A stretch of DNA of 64,000 nucleotides, from assembly GCA_965140785.1 (NCBI GenBank), contig OZ223510.1, positions 192,001 through 256,000 of the forward strand, in the 5' to 3' direction. The notes under the pieces are model-generated. The model ran no database searches. It saw only the letters and a program-made list of their open reading frames with translations, and was not told the DNA's origin. A program made the position numbers and the translations under genes. The DNA comes from an uncultured Ruficoccus sp. (lineage in GTDB: Bacteria > Verrucomicrobiota > Verrucomicrobiia > Opitutales > Cerasicoccaceae). This document shows positions 1-11,055 of the stretch, in pieces. Each line of letters starts with the position of its first letter. The first letter of the stretch is position 1.

Positions 1-3000
1 CTGACCGGTGCGGTAACGGTTATGGCCTGGGTGCACCCGGACGGTAAATCCGACTACGGCGTCATCGCCGGAATCGACCAGTCCGGCGGAGCGGGCACCG
101 ATCAGTACGTGCTAAAAACCACTAATTCGCCCGGTAGTTACCTGACCTTCCAGGTCACCAACACCAGTGAAGTGGGCGTGACGGCTACCGACACGGTGTC
201 GATCGACCAACGGGCGGCGGCAGATACCGACGGATGGCTCCACGTGGCCGCGGTCTTTGCGCCCGGCGAAGCGGTCATTCTGTACGTCAACGGAACGCAA
301 GTCGCCCGCACGAACACGTCAGTCACCACCATGCAGAGCACCCTGAGCGAGGCTGTGCCTTTCCGCATTGGCCACATGACGACAACCTCTCCCTATGCCT
401 TTAACGGTGCGATTGATGAAGTCAGTGTTTACGACAACGCCGTTGATGCCACCACCATTGCCCAACTGGCTGCCAACACCGAACCTCCAACTGAAGGCGA
501 GTACCTGTTTTCTTTTGGCGCGGTCGCCGACCCGCAGTACAAGGACGCGGCCGCTGCGGGCTCACGCTTTTATCGCAACACTCTCGATAAACTTCCCGCC
601 ATGGTGACGGACTTCAACGGGCGCGACCTGGAGTTCGTGATCTGCCTGGGCGACTTTATTGACAACGATTTCGCCAGCTACGCGGTCATGATGGATATCT
701 GGGACGACCTGACCGCCCCGACTTACCAGGTGGTGGGCAACCACGACCTCTCGATCGGCAGCCACACACTGGCCGAGGTGATCGAGGTCATGAACATCCC
801 GTCCAACTACTATACCTTCACTTATCAGGGCTGGCGCTTCCTCGTGTTCGATGGCAACGACGCCGGTTATGGTGTGCACACCGATGAGCAGCTCGCCTGG
901 GCGCGCGACGCGCTGGATCAGGCCCTCGCGGACGGCGAGCCTGTGATTATCTTTGACCACTACCCGATCTATCCTCCGGGCACCCCGCACATCTCTCCTC
1001 AGGGGGCCGACCTCCTCGCCCTGATCGGGGACTATCCCAACGTTCGCGCCTGGATGAACGGTCACAACCACGCCGGGGCCTATGGCCAGACGAACGGCAT
1101 CCACTGCCTCAACATGGAAGGCATGGTCGAGACCGCGGACACCACGGCCTATGCCGAAATCGAAGTTTGGAGCAACCGCTTCGAAGTCCTCGGCGAAGGC
1201 CGGGAACCGGACCGCACGCTGCTTTTTCCCGCTGCCCCTGAAGTCGAGCTGGATGCGCCCGCGGGCCTCGTCGTAGCTGACGGTGGCTCGGGCATCGCTC
1301 TGAGCTGGGACGCCTACACGGACGCCGATGCCACCAGCCTGGTGCTTCAGCGCCGCATCTCGGGGCAAAACATCGGCTATGAAACGCTCGCCACGTTGAC
1401 GACTGCTGACACTGGCTACCTGGATGCAAACGCCGCCAGCGGTGTCACTTATATTTACCGCCTGCGTGCGGTCACCGACACGGCCGAGTCGTCCGACTGG
1501 TCCGCATTGGCCTCTTTTGAATTGGGCTTTATTCCAGGGCAAATCTCTGAACTGAGCGCCACCGGCGGAACGGATAATGAAATCACCCTGAGCTGGGACC
1601 TCGGCAATGCCACTTACGAGAGTCTGGTACTCGAGCGCAGCTACGGCGACAGCGGCGTGTACACGCTGGTCACGGATGAACTGGCGGGCGACGCCACCAG
1701 CTACACCGACACCGGCCTGCTACCCAACAGCAACTACACCTACCGCATTTCCGGCGTCATCGCGGGCCGCCAGACCGAGTGGTCCGAGGCGGGCACGGCG
1801 GCTTCCGGCAGCGTGCCGGCGCTGCAAGGCGAGGCCGCGGGTTTGGTCGCTTACTGGTCCTTTGATGAGGGTACGGGTGTAGTGACCGGCGACTACAGCG
1901 GTAACGGCTCCAACGGCACCCTGGCAGGCGCTCCTGTCTGGTCGGCGGGTAAATTCAACGGCGCCCTGAGCTTTTCGGGCGACTCGGAAGATCAAGTCCT
2001 CGTCGGCACACCCGACCTGCTGAACATCACCGGCGCGGTCACGGTCATGGCCTGGGTCAAGCCCGACGGCCTCAGCAACTACGGCGTCATCGCCGGGATC
2101 GACGAGTCCGGCGGCGCCACCAACGACCAGTTCGTTCTCAAGACAACGACTTCCACGGACTTCAAGCTGAGCTTCCAGGTGAGCGCGGGTGGCAGCGGCT
2201 ACACCGCCACCGATACCGTGAGCCTGTCGAGCCGCTCCTCCCAGACCGACGATGGCTGGGTTCACGTGGCCGGGGTTTTCACGCCCGGCGAAAGCGTCGC
2301 CCTCTACGTCAATGGCGAGCTGGTGGCCTCCAAGGCCCTCAGCATCGAGACCTTGCAAAGCACGCTGAGCGAAGAGCGCCCCTTCCGCATCGGAAATATG
2401 AGCCAGAGCTATAGCTATGGTTTCAACGGCTCGATTGATGAGGTCCGCGTCTTCGCCGACAGCGTGTCCGCTGAAGACATCGCGACCTACGCCGCCGGCG
2501 AGGCGATTACTCACCCCGTAGGCACGCTGATCGAAAAAGGCTCCGACTGGGCTTATCTGGACGACGGCTCCGACCCTGGCTCGGCCTGGCGGGCGGTTGA
2601 CTTCGACGACAGCTCGTGGAGCACGGGAGCAGCCCCGCTCGGCTATGGCGACGGCGACGAAGCCACCGTCATCAGCTATGGCTCGGACAGTGGAAACAAG
2701 CATCCGGCCTACTACTTCCGCCAAAGCTTCGAGTTGGACGAGGCCGGACTGGCCACTATCGCCAAACTCAAGTTCGCCATCCAGCACGACGACGGCGTGG
2801 TCGTCTATATCAACGGCACCGAAGTCATCCGCGCCAACATGCCCGAAGGCGAGGTCACCTACCAGACCTATGCGGCGGACGATGTGGACGACGAAAACGC
2901 CTACTACGCCTTTACGGTTGACCCGGACGCCCTCGTGGCGGGCACGAATGTCATCGCGGTCGAAATCCACAACCGCAATGCCACCAGCTCGGACATCAGC

Positions 3001-6000
3001 TTCGATCTCGGCCTGGAGCCCGTCCTGTTTTCTGCAGATACCCTCATTTATCAAGGCTCTGACTGGGCCTATCTCGACAACGGTTCCGACCAAGGCACGG
3101 CCTGGCAGGCGGTTGACTTCGACGACAGCTCCTGGAGCACCGGCCCGGCCCCTCTCGGCTATGGCGACGGCGACGAGGCTACTGTCATCAGCTATGGCCC
3201 GGACGGCAACAACAAGTACCCAACCGCTTACTTCCGCCAGAGCTTTGAGCTGGACGAGCTGAATCTCTCGCTCATCTCCGCGCTAAAGTTCTCCATCCAG
3301 CGCGACGACGGCATTGTGGTCTATGTCAATGGCACGGAGGTGTTGCGCGACGTCATGCCGACCGGCGCCATCGACTACCTGACCTACGCCACCGATGCGG
3401 TGGACGGCGGCAACGAGGACACTTACTTCGAATACACCGTCCCGGCGGATGCGCTTGTGGCCGGTACGAATGTGATCGCCGTCGAGGTGCACCAGCAGCG
3501 CGCCTCAAGCTCGGATGTCAGCTTTGACCTGGGCTTGGAAACGGTGCTGGACATCAGCACGCTGATTGAAGCCGGTGCCGACTGGGCGTATCTGGACAAT
3601 GGTTCCGACCAGGGTACGGCCTGGCAGGCGGTTGACTTCGACGACAGCTCCTGGAGTACCGGCCCGGCCCCGCTCGGGTACGGTGACGGCGACGAGGCCA
3701 CTGTTCTCAGCTATGGCCCGGACGGCAATAACAAGTACCCGACCGCTTACTTCCGCCGCAGCTTTGATCTCAACCAGACCGGTCTCGACCTGATCGAGCA
3801 ACTCAAGTTCGCTATCCAGCGTGACGATGGGATCGTGGTGTACATCAACGGTACGGAGGTCGTGCGTGACGTCATGCCCACCGGCACCATCGACTACCTG
3901 ACCTACGCCACCGACGCGGTGGACGGCAGCAACGAGGATACCTACTTTGAGTACACCGTCCCGGCGGATGCGCTTGCGGTCGGCACGAATGTGATCGCCG
4001 TTGAGGTGCACCAGCAGCGTGCCTCCAGCTCGGACATCAGCTTCGACCTCAACCTCGAAGCCCTGACCGCGTCGGATCTGGCCCTTCAGGACCAGCTAGT
4101 GATCGACAGCGGCCATAGCTGGAAATACCTCGACAACGGTTCCGACCAAGGCACGGCCTGGAGCGCGCTTGATTTCGACGACAGCACCTGGGCCAGCGGT
4201 CCCTCGAAGTTCGGCTACGGCGACGGCAACGAAACGACGACGCTGACGGACGGCCCGGGCAACGGCGACAAATTCATCACGTACTACTTCCGCACGAGCT
4301 TCGACGTGGTTAACGCCGCCGAGGTCGCCGGGCTCGTCTTCGAAGTGGTCCGCGACGACGGCGTCATCGTTTACCTCAATGGCCACGAAGTGGTCCGCGA
4401 CAACATGCCCGCCGGTGCCATCGATTATATGACCTTCTCCGCATCGATTACCTCCGGCAGTGACGAGGACACCTTCTTCGAGTTCCCGGTGGCAGCCGAC
4501 TACCTCGTGGACGGCACCAACGTGATCGCGGTGGAAGTCCACAACCGTGATGCCAACAGCTCGGACCTGGGCTTCGACTTGAAACTCTCACTCCAGGCGG
4601 TGCCGGACCCGAACGCCCCGGTCTTCAGCGAGGACACAATTGTCGCGGATAATGCTTACCTCACCGGCGACTATGATTTCAGCCTGGCTGATTATGTGAC
4701 CGATGCGGACGGCGACGACGTGGTCTTCTCCAAGGTCAGCGGCCCGGACTGGCTCACCGTCAACCCGGACGGTACGCTCTCCGGCACACCCGGCCCCGGC
4801 GATGTCGGCGCGAACTCCTTCGTTATCGCCGTCACCGACAACGACGAAGGCACCACCACGGCGGTGATTGAGATCACGGTCGAGGATGCTCCCGAGCTGG
4901 CCCGTGCGCCGCTGCCCGGCAGCGACGAAGCGCTCGTCTTCGGCGTCATCCCCGACACCCAGGGCGGCACCAACGGCACCCCGCCGGATGAAGCCGCCGC
5001 CATCGCCGCCCGGTTTATCGAGCACGATCCGGCCTTCATCATCCATGTGGGCGACGTGACCGATGGTAACAGCTCCGATGGCAATACAAAGTTCGCCCAG
5101 CTTGAAGACCTGAAGGAACTGCTGGTCAATCCGCTGGCCGACCACGGGATCGGTTTCTATCCGGTGCGTGGTAACCACGACTCCAACGCCTACAACCACA
5201 CCTCGGCGGGGGTCTCGGCCTGGGCCGCTGCCTTCCCGTACCTCTTCGAGGGTCCGGACGCGGTCATCGATCCGGAGGATGTGCCCGGTGGCAGCCCCGG
5301 CAGCCCGAACGACAGCAACTTCTGCTATGTCTTCGACGCCGGTCACAATACCTTCTTCGTGTCGGTGGACCAGTGGAATGGCGGCGCCTCCTCGAACTAT
5401 TCCAACTGGGTGGCGGAGAAGTTCGCCGAGATCCGCAGCGAGCATCCCGACGCGCACATCTTCGGCTACTCGCACTCCGGGCTCTACGCGATGGCCTCGC
5501 ACCCGGCCATGAGCGAGTTCGTTAACGGTGGGGCCGATCCCTACATCGCCGCGGGCAGGCAGTACGAGATCGACGGCTGGTTCAGCGGTCACAACCACAT
5601 CTACGACCGCTCTATGGCGATCAACCTCAACGATGACAACAAGCCGTACATGTTCGACTTCACCTGCGGCTCGGCTTCGGAGAAGTTCTACTCGCTCAGT
5701 CGCGTCCCGGCCGAGGACCAGCACCTCAATATCGTCATCGACAGCAACGCGATTCCCGGTCGCCCGATCTGTTATCTGATGGCCGAGGTTAACGGCCCCT
5801 TTGTCTCGGTGACGACCTACATGTCGCCCGACACGAGCGGCTCGGGCACCTTCGACGACTGGTCGGTCTGGGACGCGTACACCTACTCGCGCAACGGCCT
5901 GCAGTTCACCATCGCCGCTGGTCAGAACTATAACGAGCGCAACGTGACCGACACCGCGCCCGAGGAGGGTGGATTCGTCGGCACTACGGTCAGCCTGATC

Positions 6001-6951
6001 GACGGGGTCAACTCCGACACGACCACCTATACGGTCGGCAGCACGACCTTCAGCCCGTATCGAAACATCACTACGGGCTGGTTCACGCAAGATCAGTGGT
6101 ACGATGATGGCGGTCGCCAGCTTGTGTCCGACATCGTCAGCATCCACGGCATGCGCAACGTACCCGACCGCAACCGTTCGGACGCGTACACGCTGGTCAT
6201 GAGCTACGATCCCGAGACTCTGTCGGCGCTCCAGCAGGAGAGCCTCTCACTCGTCGCCTTCCTTGACGAGGATACCTCCGACAGTGATCCGGGCGAATGG
6301 ATCGACGCGGTGGAGGCTACCCTGGCCACCCCGGCAGAGGAGCCGCTCATGCGCGCGCCGACCTCGGAGGACGCCGTGGGCAGTTGGGGCATCGACGCGG
6401 AGAGCGGTGTGATCTGGGCGCGCCTGGACTACCAGGGTGACTTCGCTGTCGCCTCCAACGTTCCGGACACCGACGGTGACGGCCTGGCCGACGCCTGGGA
6501 GATGACTCATTTCGGCAATCTCACCCATGGCGCCAATGAAGACGCCGACGGTGACGGCCTGACCAACCTCGAAGAACAGGCCGCCGGCTCCAGTCCGCTC
6601 CTGAAGGATAGCGACGGTGACCTCTTCGACGATGCGGTGGAAGTCGCTTACGGGATGGACCCGGCCAGTGCCGACATGGGGCTCTCCGACAGCGTGATCG
6701 ATTTCATCCGCAACCACCCGGACGTGCAGCCTTCCTACGGCCTCTACACGCAGGACCGCCTCGGCACACTCGCAGGCCGCCCCTTGATGAAGGTGGACGA
6801 AAGCGGCAACATTAACCTCGAGCTTCAGTTGTGGGAAAGTCCGGATCTGGAGAACTGGTCAAAGGTTGGCACTCCCGAGCAGCGGTCCATTTCCGTGCCG
6901 GCGAATGCGCAGCTCTTTTACCAGTGGGAGATGGCTCCTCCCCAGGACTGA
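1..6951 (+). CDS. Giant extracellular multidomain protein, 5'-truncated by the window: LamG, metallophosphoesterase, 2x FN3, LamG, 4x ~172-aa beta-sandwich repeats, Ig-like, second metallophosphoesterase, TSP3-like DxDGDG repeats
   Basis: Frame is open from base 1 (LTGAVTVMAW...). LamG motifs WLHVAAVF...YVNG and FNGAIDEV. Two calcineurin-like motif sets: ADPQY/GDFID/GNHD/GHNH and PDTQ/GDVTD/GNHD/GHNHIYDR. FN3 motifs YIYRLRA and YTYRISG. DTDGDGLADAWE near the C-terminus. Confidence 0.85.
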   Translation: MTGAVTVMAWVHPDGKSDYGVIAGIDQSGGAGTDQYVLKTTNSPGSYLTFQVTNTSEVGVTATDTVSIDQRAAADTDGWLHVAAVFAPGEAVILYVNGTQVARTNTSVTTMQSTLSEAVPFRIGHMTTTSPYAFNGAIDEVSVYDNAVDATTIAQLAANTEPPTEGEYLFSFGAVADPQYKDAAAAGSRFYRNTLDKLPAMVTDFNGRDLEFVICLGDFIDNDFASYAVMMDIWDDLTAPTYQVVGNHDLSIGSHTLAEVIEVMNIPSNYYTFTYQGWRFLVFDGNDAGYGVHTDEQLAWARDALDQALADGEPVIIFDHYPIYPPGTPHISPQGADLLALIGDYPNVRAWMNGHNHAGAYGQTNGIHCLNMEGMVETADTTAYAEIEVWSNRFEVLGEGREPDRTLLFPAAPEVELDAPAGLVVADGGSGIALSWDAYTDADATSLVLQRRISGQNIGYETLATLTTADTGYLDANAASGVTYIYRLRAVTDTAESSDWSALASFELGFIPGQISELSATGGTDNEITLSWDLGNATYESLVLERSYGDSGVYTLVTDELAGDATSYTDTGLLPNSNYTYRISGVIAGRQTEWSEAGTAASGSVPALQGEAAGLVAYWSFDEGTGVVTGDYSGNGSNGTLAGAPVWSAGKFNGALSFSGDSEDQVLVGTPDLLNITGAVTVMAWVKPDGLSNYGVIAGIDESGGATNDQFVLKTTTSTDFKLSFQVSAGGSGYTATDTVSLSSRSSQTDDGWVHVAGVFTPGESVALYVNGELVASKALSIETLQSTLSEERPFRIGNMSQSYSYGFNGSIDEVRVFADSVSAEDIATYAAGEAITHPVGTLIEKGSDWAYLDDGSDPGSAWRAVDFDDSSWSTGAAPLGYGDGDEATVISYGSDSGNKHPAYYFRQSFELDEAGLATIAKLKFAIQHDDGVVVYINGTEVIRANMPEGEVTYQTYAADDVDDENAYYAFTVDPDALVAGTNVIAVEIHNRNATSSDISFDLGLEPVLFSADTLIYQGSDWAYLDNGSDQGTAWQAVDFDDSSWSTGPAPLGYGDGDEATVISYGPDGNNKYPTAYFRQSFELDELNLSLISALKFSIQRDDGIVVYVNGTEVLRDVMPTGAIDYLTYATDAVDGGNEDTYFEYTVPADALVAGTNVIAVEVHQQRASSSDVSFDLGLETVLDISTLIEAGADWAYLDNGSDQGTAWQAVDFDDSSWSTGPAPLGYGDGDEATVLSYGPDGNNKYPTAYFRRSFDLNQTGLDLIEQLKFAIQRDDGIVVYINGTEVVRDVMPTGTIDYLTYATDAVDGSNEDTYFEYTVPADALAVGTNVIAVEVHQQRASSSDISFDLNLEALTASDLALQDQLVIDSGHSWKYLDNGSDQGTAWSALDFDDSTWASGPSKFGYGDGNETTTLTDGPGNGDKFITYYFRTSFDVVNAAEVAGLVFEVVRDDGVIVYLNGHEVVRDNMPAGAIDYMTFSASITSGSDEDTFFEFPVAADYLVDGTNVIAVEVHNRDANSSDLGFDLKLSLQAVPDPNAPVFSEDTIVADNAYLTGDYDFSLADYVTDADGDDVVFSKVSGPDWLTVNPDGTLSGTPGPGDVGANSFVIAVTDNDEGTTTAVIEITVEDAPELARAPLPGSDEALVFGVIPDTQGGTNGTPPDEAAAIAARFIEHDPAFIIHVGDVTDGNSSDGNTKFAQLEDLKELLVNPLADHGIGFYPVRGNHDSNAYNHTSAGVSAWAAAFPYLFEGPDAVIDPEDVPGGSPGSPNDSNFCYVFDAGHNTFFVSVDQWNGGASSNYSNWVAEKFAEIRSEHPDAHIFGYSHSGLYAMASHPAMSEFVNGGADPYIAAGRQYEIDGWFSGHNHIYDRSMAINLNDDNKPYMFDFTCGSASEKFYSLSRVPAEDQHLNIVIDSNAIPGRPICYLMAEVNGPFVSVTTYMSPDTSGSGTFDDWSVWDAYTYSRNGLQFTIAAGQNYNERNVTDTAPEEGGFVGTTVSLIDGVNSDTTTYTVGSTTFSPYRNITTGWFTQDQWYDDGGRQLVSDIVSIHGMRNVPDRNRSDAYTLVMSYDPETLSALQQESLSLVAFLDEDTSDSDPGEWIDAVEATLATPAEEPLMRAPTSEDAVGSWGIDAESGVIWARLDYQGDFAVASNVPDTDGDGLADAWEMTHFGNLTHGANEDADGDGLTNLEEQAAGSSPLLKDSDGDLFDDAVEVAYGMDPASADMGLSDSVIDFIRNHPDVQPSYGLYTQDRLGTLAGRPLMKVDESGNINLELQLWESPDLENWSKVGTPEQRSISVPANAQLFYQWEMAPPQD
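2524..4590 (+). repeat. Four tandem intragenic domain repeats starting at about 2524, 3040, 3559 and 4096
   Basis: Each begins (T/L)(L/V)IxxGxxWxYLDxGSDxGxAW..DFDDSxW and ends NVIAVE(I/V)H...SSD(I/V/L)xFDLxL. Copies 2 and 3 are near-identical in DNA. Confidence 0.95.
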
Positions 6952-6984
6952 GTATTCTATTCTGCCTTAAAACTAGGCAATCCG

Positions 6985-7012
6985 AGCGGGGCCCATCCGG
7001 CCCCGCTTTTTT
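6985..7012 (+). terminator. Intrinsic terminator after the giant gene
   Basis: Stem-loop AGCGGGGCC-catcc-GGCCCCGCT followed by a T-run. Confidence 0.85.
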
Positions 7013-7078
7013 GTTTGGCGATCGCCTCAGGAGGATAGGTCCTTTGCGGCAGAAAAGATAGGCGTACGTGGACGGCAC

Positions 7079-7774
7079 CTATTGACCGTAATAAGCACTC
7101 TCACCATGCTTGCGGAAGAAGTGCTTGCGTAGCAGGCTGTCATCGGGGGGTGGGGCACCGGGGTGGAGCGAGTGGGTTTTTATCGCCATATCGGCCACGA
7201 TTTCTAATGCCTGAGCAGTCTCCACGGCCTTGGCGCCACTTGAGCCCCAGGCGAAGGGCCCATGGTTGCGCACCAGGACGGCGGGCACTTGCATCGGATC
7301 GATACCCGAAAAACACTCGAGAATGACCTGGCCGGTATTCCACTCGTAGTCTCCTGAAATCTCCTCTCGGCTCAGGGCTCGGGTGACCGGGACGGGTCCG
7401 AGAAAATAATCGCCGTGCGTCGTTCCCAGGCAGGGCAGGGGAACTCCGGCCTGGGCGAAAGCCACGGCTGCGCGCGAATGGGTATGCACAATACTGCGGG
7501 CACCCTTCCTGGCAAAAGCCCGTAACAGGCAGCGGTGCGTCGGGGTGTCCGAGGAGTAGCGCAGCCCTCCCTCGACCACCTTGCCCTCCAGGTCCACGAC
7601 CACCATCGACTCGGGCCTGAGTTCCGCGTAGGCCACGCCGCTGGGCTTGATGGCGAAGACGGCTGCGTCCGGATCATAAACGCTGACATTACCAAAGGTC
7701 AGATCGACCAGACCGGTGGTGGGGAGGCGTCGGTTCGCCTCGCAGCATTCCTCACGGATGTATCGATAGTTCAT
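7079..7774 (-). CDS. araD: L-ribulose-5-phosphate 4-epimerase
   Basis: Class II aldolase motifs TFGNVS, IKPSGV, SSDTPTH, VHTHS, NHGPFAWG; C-terminus RKHGESAYYGQ; follows araA. Confidence 0.95.
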   Translation of the reverse strand: MNYRYIREECCEANRRLPTTGLVDLTFGNVSVYDPDAAVFAIKPSGVAYAELRPESMVVVDLEGKVVEGGLRYSSDTPTHRCLLRAFARKGARSIVHTHSRAAVAFAQAGVPLPCLGTTHGDYFLGPVPVTRALSREEISGDYEWNTGQVILECFSGIDPMQVPAVLVRNHGPFAWGSSGAKAVETAQALEIVADMAIKTHSLHPGAPPPDDSLLRKHFFRKHGESAYYGQ

Positions 7775-7780
7775 GACAAA

Positions 7781-9283
7781 TCAGAGGCCGCGCAGGCCGT
7801 AGTAGGTTTCTCCTACGCGCAGCTCCTGCTTGAGAGCGCGGAGGTCGGTGTTCTCGTCGATTCGGACACATTCGATACCCGCCATCTCGGCAAAGGTTTC
7901 CATCTGCGCGGTGGTGACACTGAGGCTGAATCCCGTATGGTGCGCGCCCCCGGCCAGTATCCAGGCACTGGCCGCCGTCTGCAGGTCGGGCTTGGCGTCC
8001 CAGAGCACCCGGGCTACGGGTAGCTTCGGCATCGGCGCTGGAAGCGAGACGCTTTCGACAGTATTAACCAGCAGACGAAAGCGGTTGCCCATGTCGATAA
8101 GCGAGGCATTGATAGCCGGGCCAGTTTCTCCATCGAAGACCAGGCGAACCGGGTCGGCCTTGCCACCGATGCCGAGCGGGTGAATCTCGCAACGGGGCTT
8201 TCCGGCGGCGATGGACGGACAAATCTCCAGCATGTGAGAGCCCAGGCAGCGCGGACCGGCTGGATCGAAATGGTAGGTGTAGTCCTCCATGAACGAGGTG
8301 CCGCCAGGCTTGTTCGCACCCATCACTTTCATCACGCGCACAAGGGCGGCGTGTTTCCAGTCGCCCTCTGCACCGAAGCCGTAACCTGCCGCCATCAGCC
8401 GCTGTACAGCGATGCCCGGAAGCTGCGAAAGCCCGTGCAAGTCCTCGAAGCAATCGGTAAACGCGCCGTAGCCGCCGTCCTCCACGAACGCCCGCAGGCC
8501 CAACTCGATACGGGCGGCCTCGCGCAGGGAGCCGTGGCGTTCACCGCCTTTAAGCAGTTCGGGCATCACCGTATAGCTGTCCGCGTACTCGGCACAGAGC
8601 CGGTCCACATCGGCGTCGGTCTGCGCGTCGACGACGGCGGCCAGATCTCCGACGCCGTGGGTGTTGACCTGCATGCCAAACACCTTCTCGGCCTCGACCT
8701 TATCGCCGTCGGTCACAGCGACGTATCGCATGTTGTCACCGAAGCGCACGACCTTTATCTGGCGCATGGCCTGCCAGGCGGCGGCCACGCCCGCCCAGTC
8801 GCCGAGTTGAGCGCGCACGGCGGGGTCTTCCCAGTGCCCGACGATGACTTCGCGCGGGATGCGCAGGCGGGTCAGGATGTGCCCGTACTCGCGTCCACCG
8901 TGAGCGGACTGGTTAAGGTTCATGAAGTCCATGTCGATCTCACCCCAGGGAATGTCGCGGTTGAACTGCGTGTGCAGGTGGCAGATCGGTTTGGTCAACT
9001 GTGTCAGGCCGCCGATCCACATCTTGGCCGGGGAAAAGGTGTGCATCCACGTGATAAGCCCCGCGCAGGCCGGGCTGGCGCTCGCCTCAATGCAGACTTG
9101 GTGAATTTCGTCCGGGGTGGTGACGATGGGCTTGTAAACGATACGGCACGAAATCGCGCCGTCCGCGTCCAGCGCGTCGGCAACGATTTTGGCATGTGCG
9201 GCGACTCGCTGAAGGGTGTCGGGACCGTAAAGATGCTGGCTGCCGGTGACGAACCAGATTTCGGGGGCGGGAGACGGTTTCAT
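7781..9283 (-). CDS. araA: L-arabinose isomerase
   Basis: [58 protein letters not shown]; 500 aa. Confidence 0.97.
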   Translation of the reverse strand: MKPSPAPEIWFVTGSQHLYGPDTLQRVAAHAKIVADALDADGAISCRIVYKPIVTTPDEIHQVCIEASASPACAGLITWMHTFSPAKMWIGGLTQLTKPICHLHTQFNRDIPWGEIDMDFMNLNQSAHGGREYGHILTRLRIPREVIVGHWEDPAVRAQLGDWAGVAAAWQAMRQIKVVRFGDNMRYVAVTDGDKVEAEKVFGMQVNTHGVGDLAAVVDAQTDADVDRLCAEYADSYTVMPELLKGGERHGSLREAARIELGLRAFVEDGGYGAFTDCFEDLHGLSQLPGIAVQRLMAAGYGFGAEGDWKHAALVRVMKVMGANKPGGTSFMEDYTYHFDPAGPRCLGSHMLEICPSIAAGKPRCEIHPLGIGGKADPVRLVFDGETGPAINASLIDMGNRFRLLVNTVESVSLPAPMPKLPVARVLWDAKPDLQTAASAWILAGGAHHTGFSLSVTTAQMETFAEMAGIECVRIDENTDLRALKQELRVGETYYGLRGL

Positions 9284-9314
9284 GTGTATTGCAATTTTCG
9301 ATACTTAACGCTGA

Positions 9315-10994
9315 TCAGGCCAGGCGGCCTTGTTCTTTGAGTACTAAAAGGTCCTTCATGACATGACCGAGTGCCTCGGTCTTGACCCCGCCAAAGCCGT
9401 CGTGAACCTGGCGGTAGAGCGTGAAGAGTTCTTCGTAAACGGTGTGGGCGCTGGCATCTGGCTGGTAGGAAGTTTCCTTCAGCGCTGTCATGGCCGCCTG
9501 AGCGGTGGGAAAGTCTGGATGCCCGCCCGCCTCGGTCCCGGCGGCAACTGCCGCCGCCACGGCTGAGCCGAGGGCGCAGCTCTGCTCGCTGCGCGAAACC
9601 TGGATCGTGCGGCCGGTCACATCGGCGTAAATTTGCATGAGCATGGCATTCTTTTCCGCAATGCCGCCCGCACAGATGATGCGCTCAATGGGCACGCCGT
9701 ACTCGGCAATGCGCTCCAGGATCATCCGTGCACCGAAGGCGGTGGCCTCGATCAGGGCGCGGTAGATTTCGGCTCGGGTGGTGTGCAGAGTCTGCCCCAG
9801 AATGAGCCCGCTCAGCCGCTGGTCCACAAGCACGGTGCGGTTACCGTTGTTCCAGTCGAGGGCGAGTAGTCCGCTCTGGCCGGGCTTCAGCTTCGCGGCT
9901 TCGGCAGTGAGTTCGCCGTGCAGGGAAGCGTCGCCCCCGCAGACACCTTCGACCCACCACTTAAATAAATCACCGACGGCGGATTGACCTGCCTCGATCC
10001 CGTAAAAGCCGGGGAGAATGGCCCCTTTAACTATGCCGCAGATGCCGGGGATGTCAGCGATGCTCCGGTCGGCGGAGACCACGGCGCAGTCGCAGGTGGA
10101 GGTGCCGATGACCTTGACCAACGCGCCCTCGGTGATCCCGCAGCCAATGGCCCCGTAGTGCACGTCCATCTCGCCGATAGCGATCGGGATGCCCGCGGGC
10201 AGACCGAGGCGTTCTGCCCATGACGTGCATAACGTTCCCGCGGTGTGCGAGGCATCGTAGGCTTTTTCGTAGAGACGGACGCGTAGCGCAGCGAGCTTGG
10301 GATCGAGGAGGGAGAGGAAGCCCTCATCGGGGAGACCACCCCAATCTTCCGCATAGAAGGCCTTGTGCCCGGCAGCGCACACCCCTCGCCGGATGTGTTC
10401 GGGCCGATCGATTCCGGCCAACTGCGACGGGATCCAGTCCGCCAATTCTACCCAGGAGTAGGCTGCGGCAAAGGTCTCGGGGTCGGTGTTGAGGCAGTGC
10501 CAGATTTTGCTCCACCACCATTCCGAGGAGTAGGTGTTGCCGCACTTGGCGAGGTAGTGCGGGCGATGCTCGCGGCAAATCTCTGTGATTCGCAGCGCCT
10601 CGGCATGGCTGGTGTGATCCTTCCACAGCCAGCACTGGGCGTTGAGATTCTCGCGGTGTACAGGGTCGCATCCCAGGGCGCTGTTGTCGGCCTTGACGGG
10701 CAGGGGAGACGAGCCCGTCGTGTCCACACCGAGACCGATAATTTTTTTCGCGGTGAACTCAGGGTCGGCAATGGCGGCCTCGCCGAGTGCGCCGCAGACA
10801 GTGGCCTCAAGTACGGTCAGATAGTCGCCCGGATGTTGGCGGGCGAGCAGATGGTCATCGCTTGAAAGGAGTACCCCCTGAGTGCCGCCGGAGTATTCCC
10901 GGACACAGGTGCCCACTTCCTTGCCATCGCGACAGCGAACGATCAGGGCGCGAGCGGAGTTTGTTCCGAAATCGAGACCGAGGGAGTAGGGCAT
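9315..10994 (-). CDS. araB: Ribulokinase (FGGY family)
   Basis: Start placed at MPYSLGLDFGTNS (ATG at 10994) because the longer ORF overlaps the divergent lacI gene. Motifs GVDTTGSSP, LWKDHT, YSSEWWWSK, LDWNNGNR, EATAFG. Confidence 0.93.
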   Translation of the reverse strand: MPYSLGLDFGTNSARALIVRCRDGKEVGTCVREYSGGTQGVLLSSDDHLLARQHPGDYLTVLEATVCGALGEAAIADPEFTAKKIIGLGVDTTGSSPLPVKADNSALGCDPVHRENLNAQCWLWKDHTSHAEALRITEICREHRPHYLAKCGNTYSSEWWWSKIWHCLNTDPETFAAAYSWVELADWIPSQLAGIDRPEHIRRGVCAAGHKAFYAEDWGGLPDEGFLSLLDPKLAALRVRLYEKAYDASHTAGTLCTSWAERLGLPAGIPIAIGEMDVHYGAIGCGITEGALVKVIGTSTCDCAVVSADRSIADIPGICGIVKGAILPGFYGIEAGQSAVGDLFKWWVEGVCGGDASLHGELTAEAAKLKPGQSGLLALDWNNGNRTVLVDQRLSGLILGQTLHTTRAEIYRALIEATAFGARMILERIAEYGVPIERIICAGGIAEKNAMLMQIYADVTGRTIQVSRSEQSCALGSAVAAAVAAGTEAGGHPDFPTAQAAMTALKETSYQPDASAHTVYEELFTLYRQVHDGFGGVKTEALGHVMKDLLVLKEQGRLA

Positions 10995-11055
10995 GGAGTG
11001 AGTATTTAGCTTGCACGGCGTGGGCGTAAATGGTGAGATTGCTTGACAGTAAAGT

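Noticed and set aside
2524..4590. Regularly spaced repeats as a possible CRISPR array
   Set aside because: Period is about 516-537 bp, in frame, and encodes protein domains; no short repeat/unique spacer pattern and no cas genes in the window.
562..6717. Long antisense ORFs (e.g. 1720-3093, 4588-6147) and similar ones opposite other genes (14171-15982, 29510-30778, 59547-61268)
   Set aside because: Shadow frames expected opposite GC-rich genes with strong codon bias; no recognisable motifs.
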